A DNA stretch of 64,000 bases from an uncultured Nitrospiraceae bacterium (GTDB taxonomy: Bacteria > Nitrospirota > Nitrospiria > Nitrospirales > Nitrospiraceae), in the NCBI GenBank assembly GCA_963730935.1, contig CAVSTP010000004.1, forward strand, positions 128,001-192,000. Direction: 5' to 3'. This document shows positions 17,401 through 26,373 of the stretch, piece after piece. The position numbers were made by a program, and so were the translations under genes. The notes beneath the pieces are model-generated. The model ran no database searches. It saw nothing but the letters and a program-made list of their open reading frames with translations, and was not told where the DNA came from. Position 1 is the first letter of the stretch, and the number at the start of each line of letters is the position of its first letter.

Positions 17401-20400
17401 GCGGTGGCCCGCGGCGACCTGTCGCGTAAGATCACGGTCGACGTCAAAGGCGAAATTCTCGAGTTGAAGAACACCATTAATACGATGGTCGACCAGCTCA
17501 ACGCGTTCGCGGCCGAGGTCACGCGTGTGGCGCGCGAAGTCGGAACGGAAGGAAAACTTGGCGGTCAGGCGGTCGTGCAGGGCGTGGCCGGTACCTGGAA
17601 GGACCTCACCGACTCGGTCAACGTCATGGCGACCAATTTGACGGACCAGGTCCGCGGCATCGTGAAAGTCGTCACGTCGGTGGCGAACGGAAACTTGAGA
17701 CAGAAGCTGACGGTCGAAGCCAAGGGCGAGGTGGCGGCGCTGGGTGAAACGATCAATAACATGACCGATACCCTCGCGATCTTCGCCGACCAGGTCACCA
17801 ACGTTGCGCGCGAAGTCGGCGTCGAAGGACGATTGGGCGGACAGGCCAACGTACCGGGCGCCGCCGGCACCTGGAAGGACCTCACCGGAAACGTGAACCT
17901 GTTGGCCGCGAACCTGACCACCCAGGTGCGCGCGATTGCCGAAGTGGCGACTGCCGTGACCAAGGGCGACCTGACCCGCTCCATTCAGGTGGAAACGCGC
18001 GGCGAGGTCGCGGAGCTCAAGGACAACATCAATACGATGATCGATAACCTGCGCGTGACCACCGAGCGCAACCAAGAGCAGGACTGGCTGAAGACCAACG
18101 TCGCGAAGTTCACCCGTATGTTGCAGGGGCAACGCGACCTTTTCACAGTCGGCCAGATGCTGCTGTCCGAACTCGCTCCGCTGGTCGAAGCCCAGCAAGG
18201 GACGATGTATCAAATGGACGCCGTCGAAGGGGAAAACCCCTCACTGCGCCTCCTGGCCGCCTATGCCAGTTCACGGGAACCGGAGGATCGGGTAGAAAGC
18301 GGAGAGGGCCTGATCGGTCAATGCGCCTTGGAAAAACAGCGCATTCTCCTCACGGATGTTCCGCCTGCGTACGCCGCAATTCAATCGAGTCTCGGCCGCG
18401 CGCTGCCGGCCAATATCGTCGTCCTGCCCGTGTTGTTCGAAGGGCAAACCAAGGCGGTCATCGAACTGGCCTCGCTGCATACCTTCAAGGTGACGCACCT
18501 CGCGTTCTTGGAGCAGCTCACGCAAAGCATCGGCGTCGTGCTCAATACCATTGAAGCGACGATGCGCACCGAAAACCTACTGCAACAGTCGCAACAGCTC
18601 ACTACCGAGCTGCAGTCTCAGCAGAAAGAATTGACGCAGACCAACGAAGAGCTCGAGCGCAAGGCTAAGCAGCTGGCCGAGCGCAACACGGAAGTCGAGC
18701 GGAAGAACAAGGAAGTCGAGCAGGCACGCCGCGCCCTCGAAGAAAAGGCGGCCGAGCTTGCTTTGACGTCGAAGTACAAATCGGAGTTCCTGGCGAACAT
18801 GTCCCACGAGCTGCGCACGCCATTGAACAGCATTTTGATTCTCGGCCAGCAGCTCGGCGACAACACGACAGGCAATCTGTCGCAGAAGCAGGTGGAATTC
18901 GCCAAGAACATCCACAGCGCCGGTTCTGACCTCCTCAACCTCATCAACGACATTCTGGACCTGTCAAAGATCGAATCGGGCACTGTCACGGTTGAGGCGG
19001 AAGAAATGACCTTCCTGTCTCTGCGTGAGAGCGTCGAGCGCAACTTCAAGCACATTGCCGAGCAGAAGACTCTGCCGTTCCATCTGGAGTTCGAGCCCGG
19101 CCTGCCGCGAGCGTTCACGACCGACCCGAAGCGACTCCAGCAGATTCTCAAGAACCTGCTGTCGAACGCCTTCAAGTTCACGTCCCATGGCCACGTGGCC
19201 ATGAATGTCAGGCTCGCCACCGAAGGCTGGTCGATGGAGCATCCGGTACTGAGCCGGTCGCACACGGTCATGGCGCTCGCAATTACCGACACGGGCATCG
19301 GCATTGCGCCCGAGAAACAGAAGCTGATCTTCGAGGCGTTTCAACAGGCGGATGCCGGCACGAGCCGCAAATACGGCGGCACCGGGTTGGGTCTGGCCAT
19401 CAGCCGCGAACTTGCAACGTTGCTGGGCGGCGAAATCAAGCTGACCAGCGAACCACGGCAGGGCAGCACCTTCACCTTGTATCTCCCCTTGGTGTACACC
19501 GGACCGTCGACGGCGGAGCTTCGTCCGACGATCACCACATCCGTCCCTGGCCAGCCGCCGGCGCTCACCATCCTTCCCGTGGCCGGCGAAGAAAAAATCG
19601 CCGACGACCGGGACACCGTGAAGGACAGCGACCTCGCCGTGCTCATCGTGGAGGACGATCCGCACTATGCGCGGGTCTTGCTGGGGCTGGCACGCGACAA
19701 GGGATTCAAAGGCATCGTGGCCACGCGTGGGAAACAGGCGCTGGATCTCGCGCTAGAATACGTTCCAGCCGCGATCACGCTCGATATCTTCCTCCCCGAC
19801 ATGCTCGGGTGGACCGTGTTGAACAACCTCAAGCTGAATCCAAAGACCCGGCACATCCCCGTGCAGATCATTTCGCTCGAAGAAGAACGGCAGCATGGTC
19901 TGGCACACGGCGCCTTTTCCTACATGGTGAAGCCGGTCACGACCGAAGGCTTGGAATCCTGCTTCGATCGCATCCGGAACTTCATCACGCCGCACCTCAA
20001 GCGGTTGCTGGTGGTGGAGGACAATGAGCTGGAAAGCCGCAGCATCACCGAGTTGCTCCTGCATGACGACATCGAGATCTCCAATGTCAGCACAGGAGCC
20101 GCCGCCTTGGAAGCGCTTCGCACTCAGTCCTTTGACTGTTGTGTGCTCGATCTCCGGCTGCCTGACATGAGCGGCTTCGAACTGCTCGATCAGGTGAAGG
20201 CCGATCCGACCTTGGGCAACGTGCCGATCGTCGTGTTTACGGGGAAAGATCTGAGTACGGAGGAAGAACGGCGGCTGAAAGCGGTGGCCAAGAGCGTCGT
20301 GCTGAAAGACGTCCAGTCGCCAGAACGGCTGTTCGACGAGACGGCCCTCTTCCTGCACCGAGTGGTCGCCGATTTGCCGGAACCCAAACAGCAACTATTG

Positions 20401-20802
20401 GAGCGCTTGCATCAATCGAACGAAGCGTTGCGCGGTCACAAAGTCCTCGTGGTGGACGACGACGCGCGCAATATTTTCGCCCTGACGACGGTGCTCGAGA
20501 ATCAGGATATGGACGTGATCAGTGCCACCAACGGGCGGCATGCCATCGAAATCATTGAACAGACACCGGAACTCAGCGTCGTCCTTATGGACATCATGAT
20601 GCCCGAAATGGACGGCTATACGACGATCCGGGAGATCCGCAAACAGCCCGAGTTCCGGTCCTTGCCGATCTTGGCCTTGACGGCCAAGGCTATGAAGGGC
20701 GACCGAGAAAAGTGCCTGGAAGCCGGCGCCTCGGACTACGTGGCCAAACCGGTGAATACGGAACAGCTCCTGTCCATGTTGCGTGTCTGGCTGTACCGAT
20801 GA
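14500..20802 (+). CDS. Cytoplasmic poly-HAMP hybrid histidine kinase (HAMP array-GAF-HisKA-HATPase-3xREC)
   Basis: 92-aa [16 protein letters not shown] repeats, [13 protein letters not shown]-box, [17 protein letters not shown], three receivers; no TM segment seen. Confidence 0.95.
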   Translation: MKQPSDEQERTALEEAPTATNGGTRRRQDIAEQLGEILNVMVAYRNGDFSVRLPSTWTGVLGKMSDTMNDILAVSQRRAEEVVRISRVVGKEGRLRQRLSVPGVSGGWADEIDSLNTLIDDLASPTTEVTRAVGAVGKGDLSQAMALDKDGRPLEGEFLRSAKLVNKMIEQLAVFTSEVTRVAREVGTEGKLGGQAQVKGASGVWKELTDSVNQMAGNLTAQVRNIAEVTIAVANGDLSKKITVDVRGEILQLKEAINTMVEQLRSFASEVTRVAREVGTEGKLGGQAVVPGVAGTWKDLTDNVNSMASNLTAQVRNIVEVTVAVARGDLSRKITVDVRGEILQLKETINTMVEQLRSFASEVTRVAREVGTEGKLGVNADVPGVGGTWKDLTDSVNAMANNLTAQVRNIAEVTTAVARGDLSRKITVDVKGEILALKNTINTMVDQLNGFAAEVTRVARDVGTEGKLGVQAVVPGVGGTWKDLTDSVNAMGVNLTAQVRNIAEVATAVARGDLSRKITVDVKGEILELKNTLNTMVDQLNGFAAEVTRVAREVGTEGKLGVQAVVPGVGGTWKDLTDNVNSMANNLTAQVRNIAEVATSVARGDLSRKITVDVSGEILQLKETINVMVEQLRSFASEVTRVAREVGTEGKLGGQAQVKGVSGVWKELTESVNEMAGNLTAQVRNIAEVTVAVANGDLSKKIIVDVRGEILQLKEAINTMVEQLRSFASEVTRVAREVGTEGKLGGQAQVRGVSGVWKELTDSVNQMAGNLTDQVRNIAEVTIAVANGDLSKKITVDVRGEILQLKEAANTMVEQLRSFASEVTRVAREVGTEGKLGGQAVVPGVAGTWKDLTDNVNSMASNLTAQVRNIAEVTIAVANGDLSRKITVDVRGEILQLKEAINTMVEQLRSFASEVTRVAREVGTEGRLGVQAVVPGVAGTWKDLTDSVNAMGANLTAQVRNIAEVTTAVARGDLSRKITVDVKGEILELKNTINTMVDQLNAFAAEVTRVAREVGTEGKLGGQAVVQGVAGTWKDLTDSVNVMATNLTDQVRGIVKVVTSVANGNLRQKLTVEAKGEVAALGETINNMTDTLAIFADQVTNVAREVGVEGRLGGQANVPGAAGTWKDLTGNVNLLAANLTTQVRAIAEVATAVTKGDLTRSIQVETRGEVAELKDNINTMIDNLRVTTERNQEQDWLKTNVAKFTRMLQGQRDLFTVGQMLLSELAPLVEAQQGTMYQMDAVEGENPSLRLLAAYASSREPEDRVESGEGLIGQCALEKQRILLTDVPPAYAAIQSSLGRALPANIVVLPVLFEGQTKAVIELASLHTFKVTHLAFLEQLTQSIGVVLNTIEATMRTENLLQQSQQLTTELQSQQKELTQTNEELERKAKQLAERNTEVERKNKEVEQARRALEEKAAELALTSKYKSEFLANMSHELRTPLNSILILGQQLGDNTTGNLSQKQVEFAKNIHSAGSDLLNLINDILDLSKIESGTVTVEAEEMTFLSLRESVERNFKHIAEQKTLPFHLEFEPGLPRAFTTDPKRLQQILKNLLSNAFKFTSHGHVAMNVRLATEGWSMEHPVLSRSHTVMALAITDTGIGIAPEKQKLIFEAFQQADAGTSRKYGGTGLGLAISRELATLLGGEIKLTSEPRQGSTFTLYLPLVYTGPSTAELRPTITTSVPGQPPALTILPVAGEEKIADDRDTVKDSDLAVLIVEDDPHYARVLLGLARDKGFKGIVATRGKQALDLALEYVPAAITLDIFLPDMLGWTVLNNLKLNPKTRHIPVQIISLEEERQHGLAHGAFSYMVKPVTTEGLESCFDRIRNFITPHLKRLLVVEDNELESRSITELLLHDDIEISNVSTGAAALEALRTQSFDCCVLDLRLPDMSGFELLDQVKADPTLGNVPIVVFTGKDLSTEEERRLKAVAKSVVLKDVQSPERLFDETALFLHRVVADLPEPKQQLLERLHQSNEALRGHKVLVVDDDARNIFALTTVLENQDMDVISATNGRHAIEIIEQTPELSVVLMDIMMPEMDGYTTIREIRKQPEFRSLPILALTAKAMKGDREKCLEAGASDYVAKPVNTEQLLSMLRVWLYR
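15031..18066 (+). repeat. 11 tandem 276-bp coding repeats (poly-HAMP units), plus one degenerate unit upstream
   Basis: The EVTRV-type motif recurs at 15031, 15307, 15583 and so on to 17791, exactly 276 bp apart. Confidence 0.9.
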
Positions 20803-20923
20803 AGGTGAACGATGGCCAGGGGGCTGCCAGGTTGAAAATCCGGAAACTCGGCCCTTACACTCACGAGGTGCAGGGGCCGCCATCGGGTATCTCCACGTCC
20901 ACAATGGAGCCGGGATCGACATC

Positions 20924-22072
20924 ATGACGACGTTCAAAGAGCCTGCGAACATCCTACTGGTGGACGACGATTCACGGAACCTCGACGTCCTCGAGAGCAT
21001 CCTATCCATTCCGGACTACAGGCTGTTTCGCGCACGCACGGCCGACGAAGCCCTGCTTGCGCTCATTGCGGACGAATTTGCCGTTATCGTGCTGGATGTG
21101 CGCATGCCGGACGTCAGCGGCTATGAGTTGGCCCAACTGATCAAGCAGCGCAAGCGGACGCAGCACATCCCCATTCTCTTCTTGACGGCCTACTACCGCG
21201 AAGACGGGGACGTGCTCCAAGGCTATGGCGCCGGGGCGGTGGACTATCTGAGCAAACCGGTCAATCCGCTCATCCTGAAGTCCAAGGTGGCGGTGTTCGT
21301 GGATCTCTTCCGCAAGACCCGGGCGCTGGCCACGATGAACCGGGCCATGGAGGTGGAGATCGAAGAGCGGCTCAAGCAGCTCAAGACCTCGTTGCATGAA
21401 AAAGACATTCTGCTTAAGGAAGTGCATCACCGGGTCAAGAACAATCTGCAAGTGATCTCCAGCCTGATCGATCTGCAGGCGGAGCGCCTCACGGATCCGG
21501 CGACTCGGACGCTCTTCCGCGACACGCGTGATCGCGTCCGATCCATGGCTTTGGTGCACGAGAAGCTGTATCAATCCGCCGATCTCGCGCACACGGAGCT
21601 TGGCGCCTACATACGAAACGTCATGAAGGAGTTATTCCTGGCGCACGGCGAGGTGTCGTCCAAGGTCACGTTGCAGCTCGAGCTTGAACCGGTGTTTCTG
21701 CCGGTCGATATGGCCATTCCCTGCGGACTCATTCTCAACGAACTCGCGACCAATAGCCTCAAGCATGCGTTCGTGGGACGAGAGCACGGCACGATCGACA
21801 TCCAGCTGATCAGCGTAGGCAATGAATCGGTGCGTCTGCTCTTCCGGGACGATGGATGGGGATTGCCGGCTGGGCTCGAATTACAGGCGGCCGAGTCGTT
21901 GGGATTGCGCCTGATCCGCATGCTGAGCAAGCAGTTGCGCGGCGAAGTGGTGACACAAACAGGGAAGGGGACCACGTTCGAATTGCGGTTCCAGATCCCG
22001 GACTCGCGTGTCGGTTCATCTCCCGAGGCAAAGGCGGTACCCGATGCCCAAGGCGAACATACTCATCGTTGA
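20924..22072 (+). CDS. Receiver-histidine kinase of the HisKA_2 class
   Basis: ILLVDD...LDVRMP receiver; [12 protein letters not shown]-box; [17 protein letters not shown]. Start set at ATG 20924. Confidence 0.9.
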   Translation: MTTFKEPANILLVDDDSRNLDVLESILSIPDYRLFRARTADEALLALIADEFAVIVLDVRMPDVSGYELAQLIKQRKRTQHIPILFLTAYYREDGDVLQGYGAGAVDYLSKPVNPLILKSKVAVFVDLFRKTRALATMNRAMEVEIEERLKQLKTSLHEKDILLKEVHHRVKNNLQVISSLIDLQAERLTDPATRTLFRDTRDRVRSMALVHEKLYQSADLAHTELGAYIRNVMKELFLAHGEVSSKVTLQLELEPVFLPVDMAIPCGLILNELATNSLKHAFVGREHGTIDIQLISVGNESVRLLFRDDGWGLPAGLELQAAESLGLRLIRMLSKQLRGEVVTQTGKGTTFELRFQIPDSRVGSSPEAKAVPDAQGEHTHR

Positions 22073-24467
22073 AGATGAAGCGGTCGTGGCGGCCGATTTA
22101 GCCGGCAAGCTCGAACGGGCAGGGTACCGTTCGATCGGCATCGCCTGCGACGGTGAAGACGCCGTGGAGACGGCGAAGGCCCTTGTGCCGGATCTCGTGC
22201 TGATGGACATCCGGTTGGCCGGTTCCATTGACGGCATCAAAACCGCCGAACGTATTCAAGCCTTCCGGAACATCCCTATCGTCTATCTGACCGCCCATTC
22301 CGACATGGCCACCCTGCGGCGCGCCGCCGCAACTGAACCCTTCGGGTACATTCTCAAGCCTTTTGAGGAGCGCGATGTCACGACCCAGATCGAGATCGCT
22401 CTCTTCAAGCACCAGGCGGAACGGCGCTTGCGCGAAAGCGAAGAGCGGTATCGCAAGCTCGTCGAAACCGCGATGGACAGCATCATCACGTTCGATCATG
22501 CCGGACTCATTCTCTCGTGCAATGCGGCGACCGAACACATGTTTGGCTATCGTAGCGAAGAGATGGTCGGACGAAATATCTCGATGCTGCTCCCCGCATG
22601 GTTTGCCGAAGGAGGGGACGAATCCCCCGCCGATGCGGCCAGCCGCATCATGCGGCTCATCGGTCTCTGGCGGGAAGTGAACGGGCGGCGCCGGGAGGGC
22701 GACGACTTTCCCGTCGAGATTGCCGTCAGCGAGAGTTTTTCCAATGGGGAAGTCCGGTACACAGGAATCCTGCGCGACATCTCGGAACGCAAGCGGACCG
22801 AGGCGGAACTTCGATGGCGTGCCGGCCTGCTCGCTCAGACCCATGATGCGGTGGTGGTCTGGCGGATGGGCGGAGGCGTCATCTACTGGAATCACGGAGC
22901 GGAAGAACTGTACGGGTGGAAGGTGGCAGAGGCGGCCGGCCGGCCGATCCATCGATTGTTGTCCTCCGCCTTGCCGCTCTCCGAGGAGGAGTTTCACCGT
23001 CAGCTGATCGAGAACGGCCGGTGGCAGGGCGAGATCCGCCAAGCGACCAAAGACGGACAGGCGGTGATTGTTGAAAGCCGGATGGTGACGATGACCGAAG
23101 AATTCGGCGGCATTCTGGTGCTTGAGACGAACCGGGACGTCACCGAGCGTCGGGCGATCCATGAGAAAGTGTGCCGGCTGGCCGAAGAGCTCGAGGACCG
23201 GGTCAAGGACCGTACCAAGGAGTTGCTCCAATCGCAGAGCTTGCTGCGTCAGCTCGCGTCAGAACTGACGATCGCTGAGCAGCGGGAGCGGCGACGCATC
23301 GCCACGGACCTGCACGATTACCTCGCGCAACTGCTGGTCTGCGCGCGGCTGAAGGTTTCGCAGTCCCGCGGACACGTGGGGGACTCGGAAGTCGAAAGCT
23401 GGCTTGGCGAATCCGACGACATCCTGCAACAGGCGCTGACGTATACCCGATCGTTGGTCGCCCAGCTGACCCCGATGGCTCTGCACGAATTCGGCCTGGC
23501 GGCGGCGCTCAAGTGGCTGGCCGATCAGATGCGCCAGCAGTACCGGCTGTCGGTGCAGGTGGACGTGCAGCAGGGCATGTCCGTCACGTTGCCCGAAGAT
23601 CAGTCGGTCCTGATCTTCCAGTCCATCAGAGAGCTCCTCATCAATGTGGCGAAGCATGCCCGCGTCGATCAGGCGGCGATTCGAATGGAGCAGCGCGATG
23701 GACGGCTGGTGATCGCTGTCATCGACGAAGGCCTCGGATCCGATACGATCACTTCGCCGCCACCGAAGTTGTCTTCGAAATTTGGATTGTTCAGCATCGC
23801 CGAGCGCATGCGCGCGCTGGGCGGGACCTTCGAGTTCCGGTCCACGCACGGCAAGGGCACGACGGCCACGCTCACGCTGCCCCTTCCGGCGGTTGGCGCT
23901 GATGCCCCGGCTCCGGCTCCGAAGCCGCAAGCCAACGTGATGCCACAGCCGCAGCCGGCCGCCACCGAGTATTCGCAGCTCCATGCTCAGAAGTCGGCGT
24001 TTGGCGGCAGCCTGGAACGCGGGAGACAGAGCGATCCTCTCGAGGACAAGCTCCGCATTCGGGTGCTGCTCGTGGATGATCACGCACTCGTCAGAAACGG
24101 CCTCTCGAGCGTGTTGCGCTATCACACGGAACTACAAGTAGTCGGCGAGGCTGCCGACGGCCAGGAAGCGGTCGCGTTGGCGGTCGCCTTGAAACCCGAC
24201 GTCGTTGTCATGGACGTCAACATGCCTCGAATGGACGGTGTGGAAGCGTCGAAGCGCATCAAGCGGGAGCTGCCGGGGACGGTCGTGATCGGCCTGTCCA
24301 TGCATGAGGGGGGGCACCACGAAAATGCGATGCGGGAATCGGGCGCCGCCGCCTATTTGACGAAGGATTCGGCCGCGGACCGCTTGATCGAAACCATCCT
24401 CAGATGCCGGGCGGCGAGCCTCACGGGCACGAACGCCTTTTTCTCATCATCGTCGCTGTCGGAGTAA
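22044..24467 (+). CDS. REC-PAS-PAS-HisKA_3-HATPase-REC hybrid kinase
   Basis: ILIVEDE receiver; two [44 protein letters not shown]-terminal VLLVDDH receiver without HTH. Confidence 0.92.
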   Translation: MPKANILIVEDEAVVAADLAGKLERAGYRSIGIACDGEDAVETAKALVPDLVLMDIRLAGSIDGIKTAERIQAFRNIPIVYLTAHSDMATLRRAAATEPFGYILKPFEERDVTTQIEIALFKHQAERRLRESEERYRKLVETAMDSIITFDHAGLILSCNAATEHMFGYRSEEMVGRNISMLLPAWFAEGGDESPADAASRIMRLIGLWREVNGRRREGDDFPVEIAVSESFSNGEVRYTGILRDISERKRTEAELRWRAGLLAQTHDAVVVWRMGGGVIYWNHGAEELYGWKVAEAAGRPIHRLLSSALPLSEEEFHRQLIENGRWQGEIRQATKDGQAVIVESRMVTMTEEFGGILVLETNRDVTERRAIHEKVCRLAEELEDRVKDRTKELLQSQSLLRQLASELTIAEQRERRRIATDLHDYLAQLLVCARLKVSQSRGHVGDSEVESWLGESDDILQQALTYTRSLVAQLTPMALHEFGLAAALKWLADQMRQQYRLSVQVDVQQGMSVTLPEDQSVLIFQSIRELLINVAKHARVDQAAIRMEQRDGRLVIAVIDEGLGSDTITSPPPKLSSKFGLFSIAERMRALGGTFEFRSTHGKGTTATLTLPLPAVGADAPAPAPKPQANVMPQPQPAATEYSQLHAQKSAFGGSLERGRQSDPLEDKLRIRVLLVDDHALVRNGLSSVLRYHTELQVVGEAADGQEAVALAVALKPDVVVMDVNMPRMDGVEASKRIKRELPGTVVIGLSMHEGGHHENAMRESGAAAYLTKDSAADRLIETILRCRAASLTGTNAFFSSSSLSE

Positions 24468-24579
24468 TTGTGAGCGATGAACTCTTCCAGAAATTCGACG
24501 CACAACCGATCGTTCCACTTGAAGTGCAGCAATGCGTTGCCCCTCCGTGGCATACCTCCATGTCTCAGGAGTATCCTCC

Positions 24580-25326
24580 GTGAAACAACTTCGCCGCATT
24601 CGTGAGTTGACCGAGTTGACGATCCTTGCCACCGACGGCGAGATCGGCAGCGTCCAGGAAGTCTATTTTGACGATCGCAACTGGGCGATCCGCTATCTGG
24701 TGGTGAAGGCGGGTGGGTGGTTGCTTAGCCGAGAAGTGTTGTTGGCGCCTGCCGCCGTGGCTGAGATCAACGACGCGCATCGCACGATGAAGGTGGCGCT
24801 CACGAAGGATCAAATCAGACAAGCTCCGCCGATCGAAGCGGCCAAGCCCTTATCCCGAGAATATGAAGAGGCCTATTTCCACCATTTCCAGTGGGCGCCC
24901 TACTGGGAACCAGGACCGACCGAATGGGCAAGCTCGGTGCCGTATCCGGAGACGCCACCGCTGCCGATCGACACGACGCTTCCGGCCGATGCGCCGAAAA
25001 ACCCGCACCTGCGCAGCAGCAGCGAAATTACCGGCTACGACATCCAGGCGACCAACGGGGCCATCGGTCACGTTGAAGACCTGGTAGTGGATGACGAAAC
25101 GTGGACGGTCCGGTATATCGAAGTTAATACGCGGAACTGGCTCCCGGGAAAGAAAGTGTTGCTGCAAATGATGCGTATCGACCATATCAGCTGGGTCGAC
25201 CGCTCGGTCGCCGTCATGCTTGCCAGACAGGCCATCGAATCCGCCCCTGCCTATGACCATTCGAAACTCATTACCCCCAGCTACGAAGTCCAGCTGTTCA
25301 AGCACTACGGAACGCTAGCGGCTTAG
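24580..25326 (+). CDS. Tandem PRC-barrel domain protein
   Basis: Two repeats, ATDGEIGSVQEVYFDDRNWAIRYLVV and ATNGAIGHVEDLVVDDETWTVRYIEV; GTG 24580 follows AGGAG. Confidence 0.88.
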   Translation: MKQLRRIRELTELTILATDGEIGSVQEVYFDDRNWAIRYLVVKAGGWLLSREVLLAPAAVAEINDAHRTMKVALTKDQIRQAPPIEAAKPLSREYEEAYFHHFQWAPYWEPGPTEWASSVPYPETPPLPIDTTLPADAPKNPHLRSSSEITGYDIQATNGAIGHVEDLVVDDETWTVRYIEVNTRNWLPGKKVLLQMMRIDHISWVDRSVAVMLARQAIESAPAYDHSKLITPSYEVQLFKHYGTLAA

Positions 25327-25336
25327 AAGCATAACG

Positions 25337-25474
25337 TCATCTCATGAACTTGACGGGGCGCCGCTTGACCGGCGGGTCGCCAGCTGGCGTTTTGCCCGTC
25401 TTGCGGGAGGGCGGATCCCTCACGGGGGGCCTTTCGGGTCGAGGCTCCTTGATCGGTGTCTTCTTTCGACTCAT
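25337..25474 (-). CDS. Putative 45-aa Pro/Lys/Arg-rich small protein
   Basis: MSRKKTPIKEPRPERPPVRDPPSRKTGKTPAGDPPVKRRPVKFMR; internal PxxE/DP repeats; stop lies 11 bp from the convergent PRC-barrel stop. Confidence 0.45.
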   Translation of the reverse strand: MSRKKTPIKEPRPERPPVRDPPSRKTGKTPAGDPPVKRRPVKFMR

Positions 25475-25824
25475 GTCGCGAAAATTCCAGTCACCGTGCT
25501 TGATCGTCACCCGTCCTCTTCATCCCCTTCACGCTCGACAACCCTGGGTCTCTGATACTATTCACCCGAGGGGAGAAAGCTTAATGAAACAGTATTCATA
25601 TAGAAATTATCGTCCCCTGCTCGGACAAGTTGTCCCGCCTTGTAGGAATCGGGTGCTAGGTCAATCCCTGTAGAGACCGGCGACATCCTGTTTTCATAAG
25701 ATTCCTCACGGATCTCGTCATGGTACTCGTTCGGAACTATTCTTGCACTACTCTAAAGTGAGTAAGTAATTGCGCGGTCTTTGAACAGGATCGGGATGCA
25801 CTGAGCCTGCTTTAGGAGACGAAG

Positions 25825-26136
25825 ATGAACGCCATCGCCTTATTTCTGATGCTAGTATTGAACGGGAATATGACTTGTGGTGCAGAGCCGCCGGATCAAG
25901 TCATGCTTGGCGGTCAGGCGGTCCAAGTCCAAGTCTATGACTGCTACTGGAGCGAACGGGAGGCCGCCTCACATCAATTCGTCGTGATCTCTCCAGTGTG
26001 TCCCACCTATATCGCTCAACCCGTACTGCTCAAAGAAGTGCACGCCCATAAGGGCTGGGTCATGAATCGGTTTGGCGAATTTTACCCGGCCACGGTTAAC
26101 ATCGAAATGATGGACGTGTATAGGCCCCCCTGCTAA
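25825..26136 (+). CDS. Small exported hypothetical protein (4 Cys)
   Basis: AGGAG RBS, hydrophobic N-terminus. Confidence 0.65.
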   Translation: MNAIALFLMLVLNGNMTCGAEPPDQVMLGGQAVQVQVYDCYWSEREAASHQFVVISPVCPTYIAQPVLLKEVHAHKGWVMNRFGEFYPATVNIEMMDVYRPPC

Positions 26137-26204
26137 AGACGTCAGATTCATTTCGCCATCCTCTTCGGCTCGCCGTTCCTTCCTTATTGCTCAAATCTAC
26201 CGAA

Positions 26205-26246
26205 AACTAGGGGTATCCCTAGGGGTTGGCGTAGTCCAATCCCTAC
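26205..26246. promoter_or_regulatory. Perfect operator palindrome plus two overlapping degenerate copies at 12-bp spacing
   Basis: CTAGGG GTAT CCCTAG (26207-26222); AACTAGGGGTATCCCTAG is identical to 14393-14410. Then CTAGGG GTTG GCGTAG (26219-26234) and GTAGTC CAAT CCCTAC (26231-26246). Confidence 0.7.
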
Positions 26247-26373
26247 TATACTTCTTTCGTTTCACCAACAACTTACGACGTCTGACGGATCCGGAGACCA
26301 CCCTAACGACGGGTTAGGGATGCCGAGATGTGAATGCTCGCGGGCATCTCTGAAGAGTGACTGAAGGCAACGA

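Noticed and set aside
15031..18066. Regular tandem repeats as a possible CRISPR array or mobile repeat
   Set aside because: The 276-bp period is in frame, variation is largely synonymous, and there are no unique spacers or cas genes. These are coding HAMP units.
16393..18213. 606-aa minus-strand ORF and other long antisense ORFs (e.g. 5344-6894, 31840-33228, 48963-50414, 53029-54222)
   Set aside because: They lie entirely opposite well-supported genes and have no recognisable motifs. They are shadows expected from GC-rich codon bias.
25344..25673. 109-aa plus-strand ORF
   Set aside because: No RBS or motif. Its repetitive Gly/Leu pattern is the antisense of the Pro-rich sORF, and the rest runs through AT-rich promoter-like DNA.
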